A DNA stretch of 3,655 bases, from the NCBI GenBank assembly GCA_000004695.1, contig CH709179.1, positions 1-3,655 on the forward strand, read 5' to 3'. Position numbers and translations under genes: made by a program. Source of the DNA: Dictyostelium discoideum (lineage: Eukaryota). Position 1 is the first letter of the stretch. The number at the start of each line of letters is the position of its first letter. Under the pieces are notes generated by a model. It worked only from the letters and a program-made list of their open reading frames with translations. It did not search any database and was not told where the DNA came from. Below are positions 1 through 3,655 of this stretch, one piece after another.

Positions 1-222
1 TCTGTGTACAAGGTAGGCAAGAACACACAAATTTCACAGGTTTGTCATTCAAAGGTAAGACTTTATCAATTCCGTAGAGCGCCTTTCGGAATGAAGAACA
101 GCCCTGCGCTACTTTAACAGATGGATACAATCGATCATAAAAGAGTGCGAGGACTTCCGCGAGAGCATACGTAGGACGACATCATTATCTTCTCAAAGAC
201 GTGAGATGACCATATCACTCAC
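1..222 (+). pseudogene. pol: Reverse transcriptase palm segment (pol), disrupted.
   Basis: Frame 1 reads ...LYQFRRAPFGMKNSPALL*QMDTI..., the conserved PFG-x-KNAPA-x-Q box, with TAA at 115-117 sitting at the conserved Gln/Arg position. Frame 3 reads A-Y-V at 165-173. After one extra nucleotide at about 174, frame 1 reads D-D-I-I-I-F-S-K-T at 175-201. Together these form a YVDD box split by a 1-nt frameshift. TGA at 202-204 is then followed in frame by DDHITHVNTVLQKL. Confidence 0.75.
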
Positions 223-1416
223 GTGAACACTGTTCTACAGAAATTAAGAAAAGAGAGAGTTTACTTAGCCCTCAACAAAGCTGAACTGTTCAAAGATAGT
301 GTCAAGTTTTTTGGTCATGTGATATCAAGAGATGGTTTCAAACCAGTTTTAGATAAGGTGGAAGCAATTAACAACCTACCAATTCCCACTACTGTCACAG
401 AAATAAGATCTTTTCTTGGAAGTTGTAACTACTTGAGGAGGCTCATTCCAAACTATTCCGAACTCACAGCCAGATTAGCAGCTCTCACAGGTATTAGAAC
501 AACGAGAATCACAATCACAGACGAGATAAAAGAAGACATCAAACGGTTAAAGCAAGCAATCACTTCAGCCCCGGTTATAGCTAAACCCGACTTCACCAAA
601 TCATTTGATGTTTACATCGATGCAAGTGACATAGGTACAGGTTGCGTTATCATGCAAGATGATGGTAATGGTAACATTAGGCCGATTCTTTACGATAGTT
701 GTCGATTCAACAAGTTCCTAAGAAATTACTCGACAACCGATAGAGAATTTCTAGCACTCATCAATGTATTGGATAGACACGGTTACATGTTGAAAGATAA
801 GAAGTTCAGGTTGTTTACAGATCACTTAAACTTGACATATTACGAGGAATTGAAAGAACCAACCAAGAGAATCATTAGGTATTTAGACAAAGCGAGTGAA
901 TATAAATTCGAGGTAATTCACGTCAGAGGAGAGGATAACAACATAGCAGATATGTTGAGTAGAGATGGAACATTCGATAGCACATGGGAACCAGAATTCA
1001 TTGATAAAATCAACAAGGAATACGTTGAATTTGAAACGAAAGAATCTGAGTGGTTTGATACTTTCAAGTCAAGACAGGATGTCGTCAACGTAGATGGGTT
1101 ATGGTATCTCATAGACGCCAAAACAGGATCCAAGAGATTACTACTGGTAGATAAAGAAACAATTAATCTAATATTAGAAGAAGCTCATTCAACAATTTAC
1201 TCTGGTCACTCAAGTAAGAATAAGATGGTTGATAAACTCAGATATAATTACTACTTTCCAAAGTTTATCAATCAAATAAAACGATTCGCCGAATCGTGTA
1301 CTGAGTGCCAGAAGAACAGAATCGAAAGAGCCAAGAGTGGTTTTCTTAATCCACTCCCGATACCATCTAGACCATGGATTGACATATCAATGGATTTCCT
1401 TAATCTTCCAAAATAA
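223..1416 (+). CDS. pol: pol polyprotein fragment: RT thumb and connection, RNase H, integrase N-terminal HHCC zinc finger and first catalytic Asp. This is the interior of a polyprotein, and the GTG 'start' at 223 is an ORF-caller artefact.
   Basis: The RT thumb is KAELFKDSVKFFGHVISRDG...RSFLGSCNYLRRLIP. The RNase H motifs are YIDASDIGTGCV (D), TTDREFLAL (E), LFTDHLNL (D) and DNNIADMLSRD (D). The pre-integrase region is DGLWYLID...LILEEAHS. The zinc finger is H(1186)-x6-H...C-x2-C (AESCTECQ), ending at 1308. The first DDE Asp is in ISMDF at 1393-1395. The frame ends at TAA 1414-1416, after which the same frame still reads NSGKDSVMVIVDYQK, which is integrase-like. Confidence 0.85.
   Translation: MNTVLQKLRKERVYLALNKAELFKDSVKFFGHVISRDGFKPVLDKVEAINNLPIPTTVTEIRSFLGSCNYLRRLIPNYSELTARLAALTGIRTTRITITDEIKEDIKRLKQAITSAPVIAKPDFTKSFDVYIDASDIGTGCVIMQDDGNGNIRPILYDSCRFNKFLRNYSTTDREFLALINVLDRHGYMLKDKKFRLFTDHLNLTYYEELKEPTKRIIRYLDKASEYKFEVIHVRGEDNNIADMLSRDGTFDSTWEPEFIDKINKEYVEFETKESEWFDTFKSRQDVVNVDGLWYLIDAKTGSKRLLLVDKETINLILEEAHSTIYSGHSSKNKMVDKLRYNYYFPKFINQIKRFAESCTECQKNRIERAKSGFLNPLPIPSRPWIDISMDFLNLPK
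559..966 (+). other. RNase H domain of pol (sub-feature of the CDS above).
   Basis: All four catalytic D/E/D/D motifs are present at canonical spacing: DASD, TDRE, TDH and NIADMLSRD. Confidence 0.8.
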
Positions 1417-1460
1417 AATTCAGGTAAAGACAGTGTGATGGTAATAGTAGATTATCAAAA

Positions 1461-2279
1461 ATGTGTAAGATAATTCCTTGCACCAAAGAATTAAAGGCCG
1501 ACGAAGCTGCTAAGTTGTTCTGGGACAACATAGTTTGTAACTTTGGTCTACCAGCAACCATAGTATCAGATAGGGATAAGCTAATCACCTCTGATTTATG
1601 GAACAACTTGATGGAAATTTCCGGAGTAAAACTAAAGATGACAGCCCCACGTCGACCACAAGCCGATGGTCAAACCGAAAGGATGAATAGAAACATTGTT
1701 AATCTATTATCAAAGATGACCTCTAACAGATTAGATTGGGATATAGAGATTAAATCAATCGAATTCGCAATCAACAACACCGTCAATTCATCGACTGGTC
1801 ATACTCCATTTTCAATACTACTTGGTTTCCATCCGAGAACACCATTGAACATCAACCCAGATTACAACCTGCCATATCTCGAAGCAGCCGAATATTATAG
1901 ACAAGCAGCTAGAGACAACATGTTGGAAGCACAAATAACAATGGCGTTACAATACAACAAGGATAGAGACGATTTCAAATACGAGGTTGGTGATCTTGTT
2001 TTGGTAAAGAGAGAGAAGGTCAACATCGCGATGATAAATGATAAGGATCAAAGTAAAGTCTTACCGAACTATTGCGGCCCATTTAAGATTGTCTCCAAGA
2101 AGAGTGAACTCAACTACTCAATAAGGATCCAGAACCATAAGGGTGGTCACAGAACTGTTCATGTCAGTGATATGAAACCGTTCATAGAAGATGATCGTAG
2201 AATATTCAAGAGTAGTGATTCAAATTATAAACCTTTGGAAGAAGAAATCGATAAGAAGTGGATAAAAGAAATAGAATGA
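1461..2279 (+). CDS. pol: Integrase catalytic core remainder and C-terminal GPF/GPY module. It continues the pol reading after a -1 frameshift near 1456-1465.
   Basis: Frame 3 reads IIPCTKELKADEAAKLFWDNIVCNFGLPATIVSDRD. The second catalytic Asp is at 1569-1571, then ...APRRPQADGQTERMN with the catalytic Glu at 1677-1679. The spacing is D-58-D-35-E. The downstream C-terminal signature is ...LPNYCGPFKIVSKK...HRTVHVSDMKPF (GPF / HVS.LKP). The frame ends at TGA 2277-2279. Confidence 0.85.
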   Translation: MCKIIPCTKELKADEAAKLFWDNIVCNFGLPATIVSDRDKLITSDLWNNLMEISGVKLKMTAPRRPQADGQTERMNRNIVNLLSKMTSNRLDWDIEIKSIEFAINNTVNSSTGHTPFSILLGFHPRTPLNINPDYNLPYLEAAEYYRQAARDNMLEAQITMALQYNKDRDDFKYEVGDLVLVKREKVNIAMINDKDQSKVLPNYCGPFKIVSKKSELNYSIRIQNHKGGHRTVHVSDMKPFIEDDRRIFKSSDSNYKPLEEEIDKKWIKEIE

Positions 2280-2455
2280 TTGGCAGAGGTTCAAGAATAG
2301 AATACAGAGTTAGATACATAGGTAAAACTGAAGATCACGATATGTGGTTACCATTATTCGCACTTGAAAAATGTGGAAAATTCATCAAAGCATACGAAGA
2401 TTTAAAAATATCACCAGTAGCTCCACAACCCTTTACCACTCAATTACGAAATTAG
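2261..2455 (+). CDS. C-terminal chromodomain of integrase (chromovirus targeting domain), reached through a frameshift from the integrase frame.
   Basis: Frame 2 reads DKRNRMIGRGSRIEYRVRYIGKTEDHDMWLPLFALEKCGKFIKAYEDL. Compare the chromodomain consensus ILDKR..G..EYLVKWKG...TWEP..L.C..LI..Y. The preceding integrase frame ends ...EEEIDKKWIKEIE*, which overlaps the same motif, so the shift lies within 2250-2285. Confidence 0.7.
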   Translation, partial: DKRNRMIGRGSRIEYRVRYIGKTEDHDMWLPLFALEKCGKFIKAYEDLKISPVAPQPFTTQLRN

Positions 2456-2472
2456 TTGGTTTGTAAAACTTA

Positions 2473-2473
<1 letters not shown>

Positions 2474-2517
<44 letters not shown>
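2474..2517 (+). repeat. Poly(A) homopolymer, 44 nt.
   Basis: Counted directly. It begins 18 nt after the pol/chromodomain stop codon. Confidence 0.95.
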
Positions 2518-2521
<4 letters not shown>

Positions 2522-2567
2522 CATATATAGTATAATCGGTAAGTAGCAAATCAAATTAAAAACAAAC

Positions 2568-2588
2568 AAAAAAAAAAAAAAAAAAAAA
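2568..2588 (+). repeat. Poly(A) homopolymer, 21 nt.
   Basis: Counted directly. Confidence 0.95.
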
Positions 2589-2596
2589 TATATAAA
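2589..2596 (+). promoter_or_regulatory. TATATAAA, a TATA-box-like motif about 220 bp upstream of the ORF ATG at 2816.
   Basis: The motif is seen in the sequence. AT-rich context makes chance occurrence likely, and the distance to the ATG is long. Confidence 0.15.
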
Positions 2597-2671
2597 CAAC
2601 AAAATATCTTCAAGTACAAATTTCAAATTATTATCCATTCAAGACAAATTCATCCGAGCGTCGATCACCTA

Positions 2672-2726
2672 CCAAATTGCAGCAAAATTGCGACAAAATT
2701 ACGACCAAATTGTGACTAAATCGTAA
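2672..2726 (+). repeat. Degenerate 11-bp tandem repeat, 5 copies, consensus about CAAAATTGCGA.
   Basis: The units are ccaaattgcag, caaaattgcga, caaaattacga, ccaaattgtga and ctaaatcgtaa. They are in phase at an 11-bp period, about one helical turn. Confidence 0.7.
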
Positions 2727-2746
2727 AAAAAAAAAAAAAAAAAAAA
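2725..2746 (+). repeat. Poly(A) homopolymer, 22 nt.
   Basis: Counted directly. Confidence 0.95.
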
Positions 2747-2779
2747 TAAAATAAAATAAAATAAAATAAAATTAAAATT
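2743..2779 (+). repeat. (AAAAT)n pentanucleotide microsatellite, about 6 units, degenerating at the 3' end.
   Basis: T residues recur every 5 nt at 2747, 2752, 2757, 2762, 2767 and 2772. Confidence 0.85.
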
Positions 2780-2815
2780 ATTTTATTTTCTTTCAATTGC
2801 GTGGCACAATCAACT

Positions 2816-3229
2816 ATGGCCGAAAATCTAAATCAAGAGTACAATCTACAAGCTCAATTCGACTACGACGAAAGTAGAAGAAGTTTATTCATCTTTCCAG
2901 AAGATATGGACAGAATAGATAATATCAACCGTGAACTCAACACACTTCAAATAGATTCAATAGAAATGTATGAGAGGGCCATTAAACTCGCAGTGACAGA
3001 ACTCGATTATCTTGACCTCATTTACAGAAGAAATTTCAATGCAGCATGCGTGAAATGTTCATTATGTCGTAAATACACAGCCCACAAGTTGGTATGTAGT
3101 AAATGTGCAAGGGCAATCCAAAGAAGAAGAGATGCAGCAATCGATGAAAGGAAAATGGAACGTCAAAAATTCTTGATCCGAAAGGAATCAACGGAACGAA
3201 AAGCAAAAAAAAGCAGTCATCAGAAGTAA
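2816..3229 (+). CDS. Hypothetical small protein, 137 aa from the first ATG. It has an acidic coiled N-terminal half, a Cys cluster C-x2-C-x2-C-x9-C-x2-C (zinc-ribbon/treble-clef-like) and a Lys/Arg-rich C-terminal tail. The ORF track's start at 2801 is a GTG artefact.
   Basis: The frame is open from 2765, with the first ATG at 2816 (caactATGg, A at -3, G at +4) and the stop TAA at 3227-3229. The Cys motif is CVKCSLCRKYTAHKLVCSKC. The tail is RRRDAAIDERKMERQKFLIRKESTERKAKKSSHQK. Codon usage, with frequent C-ending codons, resembles the pol ORF more than the surrounding AT-rich DNA. There is no recognisable homology by eye. Confidence 0.45.
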   Translation: MAENLNQEYNLQAQFDYDESRRSLFIFPEDMDRIDNINRELNTLQIDSIEMYERAIKLAVTELDYLDLIYRRNFNAACVKCSLCRKYTAHKLVCSKCARAIQRRRDAAIDERKMERQKFLIRKESTERKAKKSSHQK

Positions 3230-3270
3230 GGAGGCTACCGCAGGTAATAGAACTATGATATACCGTGGGT

Positions 3271-3386
<116 letters not shown>

Positions 3387-3390
3387 TAAG

Positions 3391-3423
<33 letters not shown>
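3391..3423 (+). repeat. Poly(A) homopolymer, 33 nt.
   Basis: Counted directly. Confidence 0.95.
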
Positions 3424-3425
<2 letters not shown>

Positions 3426-3435
3426 AAAGATGTTT

Positions 3436-3454
3436 AAAAAAAAAAAGGAGGGGA
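3436..3454 (+). promoter_or_regulatory. Polypurine-tract-like sequence A11-GGAGGGGA. It is a candidate PPT preceding a 3' LTR that would begin TG at 3458.
   Basis: A purine-only 19-mer ending in a G-run is followed by TA-TGTAAAG... In LTR retroelements the PPT abuts an LTR that starts with TG (established knowledge). No second LTR copy is in the window to confirm it. Confidence 0.3.
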
Positions 3455-3456
3455 TA

Positions 3457-3480
3457 TGTAAAGTTTTTTGATACTTTACA
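3457..3480. repeat. Palindrome/hairpin with 8-bp arms TGTAAAGT / ACTTTACA and an 8-nt spacer.
   Basis: The arms are perfect reverse complements, read directly from the sequence. It lies immediately after the PPT-like tract. Confidence 0.6.
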
Positions 3481-3655
3481 AAGTTCGGGTTGGGAAATCG
3501 AAATTAAAATTTAAAAAATTATTAAAATTAAAATAAAACCTTTTTTCGTTTTCCAAAAAATTAAGTTTTTCACTTTGAATCCAAATACCAATATTAGTAT
3601 TATTTATTAATTGGAATTCCTAAATATCTATTCAATTTACCCATCTTCATCAATA

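Larger units (their letters stand above)
1..2455 (+). mobile_element. Internal region (pol) of a Ty3/gypsy chromovirus-like LTR retrotransposon, degraded copy. It is 5'-truncated by the window edge and may extend to the PPT-like site at about 3454.
   Basis: Collinear RT -> RNase H -> integrase (HHCC, DDE, GPF) -> chromodomain motifs are read directly from the translation across three + frames. The domain order and the C-terminal chromodomain are diagnostic of chromoviruses (established knowledge). No gag or LTR is visible in the window. Confidence 0.85.

Noticed and set aside
918-1133. Minus-strand 71-aa ORF.
   Set aside because: It is antisense to strongly conserved RNase H / pol coding sequence and has low-complexity Ser/Leu-rich content. 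It is a spurious shadow ORF.
115-1416. Possibility that in-frame TAA/TAG/TGA are sense codons under an alternative (ciliate-type) genetic code.
   Set aside because: Only three such codons occur in about 800 conserved codons. They co-occur with frameshifts, and all three different stop codons are involved. Pseudogenisation is far more parsimonious.
1400-1606. Minus-strand 68-aa ORF.
   Set aside because: It is antisense to the integrase core and has no motifs. It is a shadow ORF.
2456-2517. A44 tract 18 nt after the pol stop read as the poly(A) tail of a retroposed processed transcript.
   Set aside because: An 18-nt 3' UTR is implausibly short. Several further A tracts and A-rich microsatellites follow, consistent with generic low-complexity intergenic DNA of an AT-rich genome.
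2444-2638. Minus-strand 64-aa ORF rich in poly-Phe.
   Set aside because: It is simply the translation of the reverse complement of the A44 and A21 tracts. It is an artefact.
2672-2779. Tandem repeats considered as CRISPR-like or satellite arrays.
   Set aside because: The units are 5-11 bp with no unique spacers. They are ordinary micro- and minisatellites.
223-2803. ORF-track start codons at 223 (GTG), 2258 (GTG) and 2801 (GTG).
   Set aside because: They come from bacterial alternative-start rules applied to a eukaryotic retroelement. The pol pieces are internal polyprotein segments. The downstream ORF's first real ATG is at 2816.
3224-3250. GTAAGG at 3226-3231 overlapping the ORF stop codon, and CAG|GTAATA at 3243, as 5' splice donors that could extend the 137-aa ORF.
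   Set aside because: No convincing downstream acceptor or continuing coding frame exists. The next sequence is the (AAT)n microsatellite. GTAA motifs are common by chance in AT-rich DNA.
3446-3461. Shine-Dalgarno-like AGGAGG 4 nt upstream of an ATG.
   Set aside because: The context is eukaryotic, and the ATG is followed immediately by TAA. The purine run is better explained as a retroelement polypurine tract.

Overview
This is a eukaryotic, AT-rich, protist-like sequence. The composition and the abundance of poly(A) and (AAT)n tracts resemble a dictyostelid genome, but that is an inference from the sequence alone. It is not a prokaryotic locus. The ORF track used bacterial start rules, so its GTG 'starts' at 223, 2258 and 2801 are artefacts.

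Positions 1-2455 (+ strand) hold the 3' two-thirds of a Ty3/gypsy chromovirus-type pol gene. In order it encodes the RT palm (PFG-KNSPA box and a YV|DD box), the RT thumb, RNase H (D-E-D-D), the integrase HHCC zinc finger, the integrase D,D(35)E catalytic core, the GPF C-terminal module and a C-terminal chromodomain. The copy is degraded. It carries three frameshifts, near 174, 1460 and 2260-2280, so all three + frames are used. It also has three in-frame stops inside otherwise conserved motifs: TAA at 115, TGA at 202 and TAA at 1414.

Downstream of the pol stop is an A-strand-biased low-complexity region:
- poly(A) runs of 44, 21 and 22 nt
- an (AAAAT)6 run
- a degenerate 11-bp tandem array with 5 copies
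- a small same-strand orphan ORF (ATG 2816 to TAA 3229, 137 aa) with a CxxCxxC-X9-CxxC cluster and a basic tail
- an (AAT)38 plus A33 compound microsatellite
- a polypurine-tract-like A11GGAGGGGA followed by TG and an 8-bp-stem palindrome, which may mark the start of a 3' LTR

I found no convincing novel multi-gene system. The most interesting open question is whether the Cys-rich ORF is an accessory gene of the retroelement or flanking host sequence.
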